A stretch of DNA of 63,658 bases, filler included, from Aduncisulcus paluster (taxonomy: Eukaryota): assembly GCA_024181965.1 (NCBI GenBank). It is 13 parts of 13 records of this genome, joined end to end, with 100 filler letters (N's around TTAATTAATTAA, not from the genome) between each part and the next. Parts side by side here need not be neighbours in the genome. Positions count along the whole stretch, not along the records: positions 21,723 to 37,156 come from BQXS01011700.1; positions 37,257 to 41,954 come from BQXS01011701.1; 11 more parts are not named here. One strand, 5' to 3'. This document shows positions 32,404 to 42,054 of this stretch, one piece after another (positions within the stretch are counted from its first letter, which is position 1; every line of letters begins with the position of its first letter). The notes under the pieces were generated by a model, which did not search any database, was not told the DNA's origin, and saw only the letters and a program-made list of their open reading frames with translations. A program made the translations under genes and the position numbers.

Positions 32404-35214
32404 TTAATTCAATGTAAACACGATAGTCTCGCGTTGTTCATCACTGAACTGAATTGGATTTGTCAAAGTGAAGGAAAGGGCACCATTTTGAAGTGACTGG
32501 TTACTGATATCAACAGAACTCGATGTAACTGTAGCAGAGGTTGCATCAGAGATCATTTGACCAATGACAACGATGTTACCAAGCAGAGGAGCAGATCCAC
32601 AAGTGTTAGAGTTCAGAGTTACCAAGTCGAGTGTACATGTTCCCTTATTACAGGTAACTGTTGAATACACGTGTGTAAATGGGAAAGGAGAGTCAGATGA
32701 TGGGTCGATTGGGACATCGTCAGCAGCCACAATGAAGTCACCCTCAGACTCGGCGAAAGTGGAGGAAGAAGTCAGACTCAGTGCCATCACAAGAGTGTAA
32801 TCTTGTGCATATGTGAGCTTAGCACGTTCCAACGCCTCTTGTTTCAGAGCTATTGATCCTCCTCGTAAGAACAAAGGCATGGCACCATATTCGGCTGCGG
32901 CATCGACAATACACACATCACTGCCCTCGGAGTGCACACAGCTCACATGCTCCAAAGTGGAGAAATCGTAGTAGATCTCTGTGGCACGATTAGCCTCTCC
33001 GATGATTCCGTGGGGAGTGTATGGGAGAGTTATGGCAACACTGGCGACACCCTGGTCAAGGATGGGAGCTGCGATAAGAGAACCGCCATATGTGAAGACT
33101 TTGTCCTCGTTGTACAACTCAATGATATTAGGCCAGTCTGCTTGCAACGGACGGGTAATAGATCCTCCAAAAAGATGTGACTTCAGCATTTCGCTGTACA
33201 TATTTGCCATGAACGTATATTTCTTCGTGATACTCTCTCTCTGGATGTCACAGGCATCTTCTCCATACATAGTCTGCCAGCAAGTGTGATCAGGACTGTC
33301 GTCAGAGGCATGCACACGAGTGAAGGGATAGAAAGAACCAGCACTGAGCCAACGCTTGTACAGTTCCTCTGTGGGTGTGCCGTCAAAGCCAGGAATATCA
33401 GCCCCGATAAGAGGAACACCGTGTAAGGAAGATGTAAGCATTTGCCCAAAGGAATCCTGCATATCAGAGAACTCACAGAAGTTATCTCCAAGCCACTGTG
33501 AGGTGTACTTTCCACACCCACTCCATGTAGATCTGGATAAAATCAAAGGATTGGTCTGTGGTTTCAATTCCTCGAGAGCCTTACGAGTGCGCAAAGCCAT
33601 GAATGTCCCATACAAATTCCTGAGCTCAATCATTCCTCCATACCCGGGAGAGTAAGCATTCATCGTGAGGGACCTGTATTGGAGAGCATCGGTACCGGGG
33701 GAATAAGGAGGGGAGTCTGGGTCGAATGTGTAATATAGACCTTGTTCGTACTCAACACCAGTAAGCTGATTGCCCTCATCGTCACATTCTCCCGTCTGGA
33801 ATGCAGCGATCTCATTCATATCATTCCAAATACCTTGTAATTCTACATTGTTAGTGAAATAGTTGTAGAGCTGGGTGTGGATCCAATCGTCGGTTTCAGG
33901 GTTGTAGAAATCTGGGAATACACTGGCACCTCCCCAAACACTGTTTTGAACATCACGCTCGCCAGTGGACACATCATTCACTTTCAGAGCCAAGTTGGTT
34001 GATTCAAGATCGTTGTAGGCCTCATAATCAGAGTCCTTGATAACCTTGATTCCTGGGTCAAAGATAGCAACGAGTTCAATGTTGTCTGCAGCAAGATTAG
34101 CCTGGAATTCCTGTAGGCCAGTTGGTGGGAAGTTGATGGGGTCAACAGTGTAGGCAGCATAGTCGTTCTGTGCGTCAATGTCTAACCATTGGACATCAAG
34201 TGGGAGACCGAGATCTCTGTGTTGTTGGACAATGCTATACACCTCAGTGAGATCCGTATAGCCCCAACGACAGTTCTGCCAACCAAACTGGTTGATATCA
34301 ACGGCAATGGGGAATCCAACAAGACCTTGGTATTGCTGAGTGGCCTTCACAAGGGTGGGTCCAGCGAAGAAGTACATGTTGATGGCTCCATTGATTGCCT
34401 TGACAATAATACGCCCATCCTCAGTCAATTCAATGTCAGAAGGGGATGCATTAGCAAACCAAGCACCAGTGGCAGTGACAGGGTGGAACATATTATTGTC
34501 AGAAGTGTCAGTTAAGAACCACATGACAGGATGGTTTGTGTAACCATTGATATCTTCAGCAAGGAGGGCTGGAGGATCACGGTTGAGCATAGTGTATGTC
34601 CCAGGCTCTCTTCTGTACGCAGAACGTCTATTACCAAGACCATACATCACAGTTTCTCCGTCAGGAGATGGGTAAGGCTTGAAAGAGAATTGTAAGTATC
34701 CATCTTGGAACACAACAGCAGTGTCATCATCAGCTCCACCAAAATCAAACAATGGGGCATCAGTTGTATGTAAAGTACTGTTTCCTCTCTGGTAAAGAGA
34801 GAAGGAGAAGTTAGAATCTCCAACAGAAGGAGGATAAATGCTAAAATCATGAGAGCCACTTTCAGAGGTGGAATAGTCAATAGCACCACCTTCAAGGGCA
34901 AAAATTTCATCGGGAAGGCTAGGGACGGCCCACTGATCAGTAGTAATTGTCAAATGGACAACGGTGTTGGAAACAGCAACATCTTCATATACACTAAGAT
35001 ATGGAGGACTTTCAAGAGATAGATATTCAATATTAACTTGTAATTGGTCTGCATTGGTCCCATATGCTTGAGATGGCAGCAATTCTTCGTTTAATTGAAG
35101 TGAGATATCTAAAGATCCATTATCAGTGGTTTCAACATCTGTTACTTTGTAAGCGGCAAATGCCCGAGCAACAAAAAGGCAAATAAAGAAAATACAATTG
35201 AAAATTCTTTTCAT
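32404..35214 (-). CDS. Glycoside hydrolase family 31 alpha-glucosidase, secreted or lysosomal
   Basis: Signal peptide, WLDID, DPGI, catalytic GIWNDMNE, LSRST, WLGDN, GADIPGF, FYPFTRVH. Confidence 0.93.
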   Translation of the reverse strand: MKRIFNCIFFICLFVARAFAAYKVTDVETTDNGSLDISLQLNEELLPSQAYGTNADQLQVNIEYLSLESPPYLSVYEDVAVSNTVVHLTITTDQWAVPSLPDEIFALEGGAIDYSTSESGSHDFSIYPPSVGDSNFSFSLYQRGNSTLHTTDAPLFDFGGADDDTAVVFQDGYLQFSFKPYPSPDGETVMYGLGNRRSAYRREPGTYTMLNRDPPALLAEDINGYTNHPVMWFLTDTSDNNMFHPVTATGAWFANASPSDIELTEDGRIIVKAINGAINMYFFAGPTLVKATQQYQGLVGFPIAVDINQFGWQNCRWGYTDLTEVYSIVQQHRDLGLPLDVQWLDIDAQNDYAAYTVDPINFPPTGLQEFQANLAADNIELVAIFDPGIKVIKDSDYEAYNDLESTNLALKVNDVSTGERDVQNSVWGGASVFPDFYNPETDDWIHTQLYNYFTNNVELQGIWNDMNEIAAFQTGECDDEGNQLTGVEYEQGLYYTFDPDSPPYSPGTDALQYRSLTMNAYSPGYGGMIELRNLYGTFMALRTRKALEELKPQTNPLILSRSTWSGCGKYTSQWLGDNFCEFSDMQDSFGQMLTSSLHGVPLIGADIPGFDGTPTEELYKRWLSAGSFYPFTRVHASDDSPDHTCWQTMYGEDACDIQRESITKKYTFMANMYSEMLKSHLFGGSITRPLQADWPNIIELYNEDKVFTYGGSLIAAPILDQGVASVAITLPYTPHGIIGEANRATEIYYDFSTLEHVSCVHSEGSDVCIVDAAAEYGAMPLFLRGGSIALKQEALERAKLTYAQDYTLVMALSLTSSSTFAESEGDFIVAADDVPIDPSSDSPFPFTHVYSTVTCNKGTCTLDLVTLNSNTCGSAPLLGNIVVIGQMISDATSATVTSSSVDISNQSLQNGALSFTLTNPIQFSDEQRETIVFTLN

Positions 35215-35431
35215 CTATAAAGGCGATCAAAGTTAGATGCATTTTTTGTTATCTGCGCTGTCGTTCAATATGGGAACTATATATTGATATTTTGTTTAAT
35301 TAAAAAACCTGAAAATTGTTCTAATATTATTATTTTGTTCAAACAATATGCTTTGCAGATGTCAAAAAACATTTTTGCATAGATCTACCCAGACGGATAT
35401 TTAAAATTGATACTATTTATTTATGAAATGC

Positions 35432-36167
35432 TCATTTTAACTGAACGACAAGTTTCTTGCCACTGATGGAGAGAACAGTGGTTTCATTTTGAACGAAAGA
35501 CAATTTAACAGGTGTACCACCAACAACCATATCATTAAAAATTGAAACAGCACGCTTACTATCAAATAAGGTTCTGAAAGTGATGACGAAGTCACGGCCA
35601 GCTCTGGAAATGTCATCGATTCTTGGAGAGAATTCCCGAGAAGAATGCATCAACACACTCTTAAGTTCCTCGGCAGTTCCCTTGAAACCTGAACAATTGA
35701 CAATACGAGATGGTTTTGACCGAGGAGTAGCTTTCTTTTCCTCACTCCTTGGAGTTTTGGTTTGCTTCTTTTCCTTCTTAGGAGTTGTGGTTTGCTTCTT
35801 TTCGACCTTAGGAGTCCTAGTGGGCTTTTCTTTGGGTGTAGTAGACTTCTTGGTCTTGGAACCCTTTTTAGGGGTTTTTGGGGTTTTTGGGGTTGTTTTT
35901 GTGGTTCCTTTTTCCTTCTTCTTCTTGGCCTCCTATATTGGTAGATTAGATCAAAGAAATTGGGATAAGAGCTCAAAATGTTTGGTTAAATTGGTTTTTT
36001 AAAAAAATAAAACAAAGATTAATACATACTTCCTTCTTCTTTTTGTCTGTTTTCTGTTTTTTCAAAAGTTCTTTCTTCTTCTGCCTACGTTCAGAACGAG
36101 CATCAGCAATCATGGAATCAAGATCTTTATCGAGATATTGATGTTTCTTTTCGGATTCGTCGGTCAT
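35432..36167 (-). CDS. ALY/REF (Yra1/THOC4)-like RRM protein, 212 aa, 2 exons (36167-36030, 35932-35432)
   Basis: N-terminal LDKDLDSMI (cf. MDMSLDDII box), K/T/P-rich linker, RRM end ITFRTLFDSKRAVSIFNDMVVGGTPVKLSF. Splicing joins two ORF-track fragments in frame. Confidence 0.65.
35933..36029 (-). other. Spliceosomal intron, 97 nt, phase 0
   Basis: GTATGT...CTAATCTACCAATATAG on the minus strand. Confidence 0.85.
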
Positions 36168-36588
36168 AGAATCGATTGGGGAGCAAAATCAAAAAAATCA
36201 TTGTTGCGCCTCATGCAGTCACAACTCCATTGAGCGTTGTGCAATGTTCAAAAAATCTTCAGAGATCAGAATATTCTTGAATGATATTTATTTATTCTTT
36301 TTCTGGAAAATGGATTCTAGTTTTAGGTCCTCAGACTGCGATTTGGTTTTTGATTGATAAGTTCATCCTCTGGTTTATTTTTGGAGAAAAGAGTGCTCTA
36401 ATAAGTTTTAAGGAGGTTGATGATTGAGGGTAAAGTAAAATAGAAATCGATTATGCTTCGAGATAGCTGAGACTGAACTTGAATTATTTTTTGAGCGGAG
36501 AAAAATAGGAGAAAAGAGGTTAGTAAAAAAGCTTTATTAAATATTTTTAACGGAAACAGTGTTCCAAATCAAAAGAAATGCTTGAAAA

Positions 36589-37155
36589 TTAACAGCAGCC
36601 CTGGTCGAGCATGGAGTCAGCAACCTTCTTGAAACCAGCAATGTTGGCTCCGAGTTGGAAGTTACCCTTGGCACCGAATTCCTCAGCGGTCTCAGCACAG
36701 TTCTTGAAGATGTTCTGCATGATTCCGAGAAGCTTGGCATCAACCTCTTCACGAGTCCAGGAGAGACGCATGGAGTTCTGACTCATCTCGAGACCAGAAA
36801 CGGCAACACCACCAGCGTTGGCAGCCTTGGCGGGACCGTACAAGAACTTGTTGGCGTGGTAGATCTCGATGGCCTCGTTGGTGGAAGGCATGTTGGCACC
36901 CTCAGAAACAAGGAAGACACCGTTGGCAACGAGTTGCTCGGCATTCTCCTTGTTGATCTCGTTCTGGGTGGCAGAGGGGAAGGCAAGGTCAGCCTTGGCA
37001 GCGTTCCATGGACGCTCACCAGCGAAGTACTTGGCGGTCTTGGAGAACTTGGTGTACTCGTGGATACGGCCACGCTTGACGTTCTTCAACTCCATGACGA
37101 AGGCGAGACCCTCACGGGTGAAACCTTCGGGCTCAATGACGTAACCGGTAGAGTC
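36589..37155 (-). CDS. gdhA: NADP-dependent glutamate dehydrogenase, C-terminal part
   Basis: AFPSATQNEI, VSEGANMPST, PAKAANAGGVAVSGLEMSQN, GANIAGFKKVADSM. Confidence 0.95.
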   Translation of the reverse strand, partial: DSTGYVIEPEGFTREGLAFVMELKNVKRGRIHEYTKFSKTAKYFAGERPWNAAKADLAFPSATQNEINKENAEQLVANGVFLVSEGANMPSTNEAIEIYHANKFLYGPAKAANAGGVAVSGLEMSQNSMRLSWTREEVDAKLLGIMQNIFKNCAETAEEFGAKGNFQLGANIAGFKKVADSMLDQGCC

Positions 37156-37257
37156 GNNNNNNNNNNNNNNNNNNNNNNNNNNNNNNNNNNNNNNNNNNNN
37201 TTAATTAATTAANNNNNNNNNNNNNNNNNNNNNNNNNNNNNNNNNNNNNNNNNNNNA

Positions 37258-37967
37258 ACCCCAAAAAAATCATATAAATTGATTACAAAGATATTAAATG
37301 AATCTCTTTGTATCTATTACTCTGTTATTGCCATGGATCCTTCAAAATGGCAAACAGGACAACCGGAGCCAATTCAATCAAAGGATCCAGATAAAATTGA
37401 ACAGGGCCTAAAAAGGCTTCACATTCCCTTGTCACCGCAAGCAAGAAGACAATTAAAAGTATATTGCAAAGAAAAACCAGAAAAAAGGAAAACTGAATTA
37501 ATTCATCTGGAATTAGTGAGAAAATTGATGTCTACAATTCCGATGACCGGCGCCGCTGTAGAACGTTTTTTTTCAGTTGTCCATCTTCATAACGTTCGGT
37601 TAATGGCAAAACAATCTGTAGAGACCATGATGTTAAAAGCTATGTATGCTTTTAATTCTCGAATTCCAAGACCCCTATCCGACAAATAAAACAGATATAA
37701 TTATGATACCATATCTACTAAATTCCATAATAAGTAATAATTATATATTTAACTTTCATTTTGTTTTCAAACGAGTAAGTCACAAACTGATCACAAATCA
37801 ATCGTTTACAATTCGTAATACTGATTGCACAAATTAATAATATTTTTATAAAATTCATAATTAAATTTTATTAACAAATATATATTTTATTATTCGTTTT
37901 CTTTGAACGTAAGAAAATGGAAACCTTGAGCCGGTACATGCCGGTAACTACCGGTTATACATCAACA
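37258..37967 (+). mobile_element. 3' end of a hAT DNA transposon (transposase dimerisation domain to 37689, then subterminal repeats)
   Basis: LVRKLMSTIPMTGAAVERFFS...VETMMLKAMYAFN matches the hAT C-terminal domain (xPxSSAxxERxFS). CCGGT occurs at 37931, 37941 and 37951, before a likely terminus near 37967. Confidence 0.7.
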
Positions 37968-38601
37968 AAAGTGTTCTTGTAGAAATGGAAGGATAGCCAG
38001 TTGTTACAATTCCTGTTGATGGCACACACCAGGATGCCCTATGTATTTATTGATAGGAATATAAAGGGAAATAACGGTTGATTGAATGGGATGAATCATC
38101 GTTATAGTGATCTTCAATACAAGAGAACACTTGTAGAGAGGTTTTGTAGAGTTGAGATGATTTCTCCATTTCTACTCTCACAACATATCATTGAATGCAA
38201 AGTGAATTATGATACAACAATGCTGGATTTCCACTCGAGGGAGCTGGATAGCCAAGGAAATTCATTTGATAATTTACACCACTCTATTTTTAGAACATCT
38301 ATTTTAAAACACATGGATAGAGGAAGGAGAATAGAAATTGATAGTATCGTCAAGTTACGAAACAACATGAAGGTATTAAAACCTAATGTGATCAATTCAA
38401 TTCAATTCAACAATAATTTCATAACAAAAATACCCCATTGAAACCAATCAATAACCTCAAACCCTCACCAATATTCAGCAAATTCTTTTGCAGCCACATC
38501 AAAATATCCTTTAACATAAGCTGTCGCTGGAAAAGATGTCTCTAAACCTCGCACTATTCTGTACTAAATATTAAAGGAATTAATAAGATAATAAATTCTT
38601 T

Positions 38602-39804
38602 TCAATGGTAGAAGTTAAAAAAGAAATTCTCAACCTCTTTTCTGACCAATTCCTCTATTTTAACATGTTTTCCCTCCTCTATTCCATCCACACTTAAGGC
38701 ACCCAGGCGATGTGTAACACCATCAATTGCTCCATGTGAAACAATATTGCGCAACACACAACTTAAAGATGGAATCATTCGAAACTGTTCCATAATATTA
38801 TCAAAATTGGTCATCCTTATCGCTGTACCTTTTCCAACGCTTTTTGAAGAAGAATCGATAAACTTTCCCTCCTCAAGGATATCAATACCACCGCATATAG
38901 GAGCGTTGATCAATTTGTGAAGATATACACCCATGCCAAGTGAAAAGGCACCCCAGTTGGACACTCCACACACAATCAATGATTCGCATAACGTTTTACA
39001 ATGGATTTGAGAACCATATTTGATATCTGAAGAAACAATTTCACAAATGCCTTCATTGCCCATTCCAATTTCATTTCCACCATCTCCAATTGCAATCGTT
39101 GGAATATGAAGACGCTTTGCAAGCTCAAATGCCTCATGGAAAGGCATAGACATGGAGGATATTGAGATTCCTCGCATATTGTAGAGTAGTCCGTCGAATG
39201 AAGGACCAACACGCTCAATGGATATAACAGAATCGTATTCAAATGGATATTTCAATAAATACTCACTAAATGAGATAAGAAAATGCTTGTGGGTTCCTTT
39301 ATCCAGATAATCTGAATAAGAAGAAGAAATATCACTCATAGATTCATCTTCAGCTTTTAAAGGAGTTGTTCCAATAGTTTCAATGACATCAGCGGGAGAA
39401 GAAGGGAGAATATCAGAAGATTGAGCTATAGGGAAAGAATGAACTTCAATTTTTCCAGGATTACCCTTACAAAATAACTTTATATCATGTAATGGATGGC
39501 ATGTAGAATGTTCACAGACAATTTTTACATTTATATTCAGCTTTGTAAGAATATATGCAAGCTGAATGGTCCCGAGCGGACCATCGGTCTCTGCTCTTCC
39601 ATAATAAATATCATCTTTGGAAAAAGACTCTTTACATAATGGAATATAGAATCCTGTACCAATCAATACATTAGAACATTTGCTTAAGGTCGAAACAGCC
39701 CCTTTCAAATCCGAGAATGGAAACAACCTCCTAATACCTCTAAATCCAATATCTTCTTGAATAATATGGTGAATTTTTTCAATTACTGGAGAAATATCAA
39801 CCAT
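38602..39804 (-). CDS. DUF4392 / D-glutamate-cyclase-like domain protein
   Basis: DIGFRGI, VLIGTGF, ETDGPLG, ISIERVG, YNMRG, IAIGDGGNEIGMG, GVSNWGA, GAIDGVT..SVDG. Confidence 0.85.
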   Translation of the reverse strand: MVDISPVIEKIHHIIQEDIGFRGIRRLFPFSDLKGAVSTLSKCSNVLIGTGFYIPLCKESFSKDDIYYGRAETDGPLGTIQLAYILTKLNINVKIVCEHSTCHPLHDIKLFCKGNPGKIEVHSFPIAQSSDILPSSPADVIETIGTTPLKAEDESMSDISSSYSDYLDKGTHKHFLISFSEYLLKYPFEYDSVISIERVGPSFDGLLYNMRGISISSMSMPFHEAFELAKRLHIPTIAIGDGGNEIGMGNEGICEIVSSDIKYGSQIHCKTLCESLIVCGVSNWGAFSLGMGVYLHKLINAPICGGIDILEEGKFIDSSSKSVGKGTAIRMTNFDNIMEQFRMIPSLSCVLRNIVSHGAIDGVTHRLGALSVDGIEEGKHVKIEELVRKEVENFFFNFYH

Positions 39805-40077
39805 ATAATTTACAATACAGATCAACAGATGATTTTGATCGGCTCAATGCGTTATTTCAAAAAATATTTCAATCACATTCAAGGATAGGAAAACCAAGGA
39901 CAATGACCTGATTCCAAGATATTATTTAAAACGGATGAATATTGAAAAATAGAGTTACGTTTTTTTTATAATTGCAATGAATCCGAAGAAAGAGCATTTT
40001 TTCGTTTTTCCCTCTCAACTGACTATTGAATAACAACATTTATTATAAAAACAGAATCAAAGCAAGCATAAAACTGA

Positions 40078-41954
40078 TTAATCGAGTTTGGAAATTCCCA
40101 TTTCCTCCATTTTTTGCTTTAACTCAACTCTTTGTATTCTCTCAGCTTCGGCGATTCTTCTTCTTGCATCTTGTCTTTCAACTTGGAAAATAGCCTCCAA
40201 TCTCTCCCTTTCATCCTCACTAAGGACAGTTCCAAGAAGAACTTGTCTTTCGAATTCTTTAGCCTCTTCATCGCTTAAAAGAGCCAAAATATGTTCTTCC
40301 TGACGACGTTTCAGTAGTTTAAGCCGAGCTACAGCAGGCCTCCCACCTTTCTTTGTCGAGAATTTCTTCCCACGGTTAGGAATTACAGGTTGGGCATAAG
40401 GTGATGGTCTTCCGTGAGTAATGGAGAAAGCAAGAGGCTCCAACATACTATTCATTCCAACATGGGATGTAGAAGCACTGTGAAACTGTCCATGGCGTCC
40501 AAACCCGGATGATTTCTTCCCTTTTCTCTTCCCACGAACAGATAGCGAACTGCCAACACCAATTTCACTAGAGTGTGGTGTAATGTGCGAATGGGTGACA
40601 GGGGGTTTGTGAGGGGAGGAAACATGACCTTGAATACGCTCGAGACGACGGGATTTCTCAAGTTCATGTTCTTCTTCCGCTTTTCTGGCCTGAAGCTGTC
40701 TTTCTCTTGCTTCCCTCCTCTTCCTCTCTCTTTCCTTCCTTGCCATCATCTGCTGCCGTTTCTTGANNNNNNNNNNNNNNNNNNNNGGTGTAATGTGCGA
40801 ATGGGTGACAGGGGGTTTGTGAGGGGAGGAAACATGACCTTGAATACGCTCGAGACGACGGGATTTCTCAAGTTCATGTTCTTCTTCCGCTTTTCTGGCC
40901 TGAAGCTGTCTTTCTCTTGCTTCCCTCCTCTTCCTCTCTCTTTCCTTCCTTGCCATCATCTGCTGCCGTTTCTTGAGTTCTTTTCTTCTTTGTTCCCGCC
41001 GTTCATCAATTTCATCGGCATTGCTCATGCTGCTGGTCCTACGAAGGTTGCTTGAGCGCAAGGAACCAGAAGTCGAAGCAGAACGAGGACGCTTGCTCTT
41101 TACATGCTTCTTTACAACGGGGCTGCGTGCTTCCGGAGGTAGAGTAGACGTGTCCCCGCCAAGCACGGCTGCCCTTAGCTTTTCAGGGTCCTTGAGAACA
41201 GAATTCTCGGGCAAAAGATCAAGAAGTTCAGAAGGCAAGACAGAAACATCAAGAATAGATCCTGATTTGCTCTTCTTCCCTCTCTTCTCCATAGCTTCAT
41301 GAACAAGAGATGTGATTCTCTTCTTTTCATTCTCAATTCTATTACTGGCACGTAGTTTCTCATCACGTAGTTTCTCACGCTCTTTTTCAGCAGCTTCGGC
41401 ACGAACGCGTTTCTCATGCAATTCCATCTTCAAACGCTCACGACGTCTCTGATCTTCTACGGCTGTCTGACGGATACGTCTCTCACGTTCTGCCTCTTTG
41501 CGTTCTTTCTTCTCCTTCGCGATACGAGCTTTTCTCTGACGTTCCTTTCTGATCTCTTTCATGTGCTCTTCACGCTCAGTCCGAGCATCTTCCATCTGTC
41601 TGACTTTCTCAGCCATCATCATATCTGATCTACGCTTCGCTTCCAAACGACGCATCGCAGACTCCTCCTCTTCTTCTCTCTTCTTTCTCTCTTCCTCCTC
41701 CTCTTCTTTTCTCTTCTCTTCTAATCGAATAGCAGCTAATTCTTGCTGTTCCTCAAACTTACGGCGCCTTTCTTCTTGCTTTTCTTGCTGGAAACGAAGC
41801 GCGTCACTCACTCTTCTCTCTCTTTCCTCGGCTTTCAGTCGCATCTCACGTTGCCTCTCGTCTCTCGCACGAGCTTCTTCCTCTTTCCGGCGTTCTTCTC
41901 TCTCTTTCTGCTCGTGTTGACGTCTACGAGTTTCTTCTTGAATCTTATGCATCT
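40078..41954 (-). CDS. E/R/K-rich coiled-coil protein, 5'-truncated (contains an in-frame 210-bp gap duplication)
   Basis: Long open frame with charged helical composition. Confidence 0.75.
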
Positions 41955-42054
41955 NNNNNNNNNNNNNNNNNNNNNNNNNNNNNNNNNNNNNNNNNNNNTT
42001 AATTAATTAANNNNNNNNNNNNNNNNNNNNNNNNNNNNNNNNNNNNNNNNNNNN

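Noticed and set aside
38082..38441. ORFs between the hAT end and the DUF4392 gene
   Set aside because: No ATG-led coherent product or motif; treated as intergenic or degenerate.
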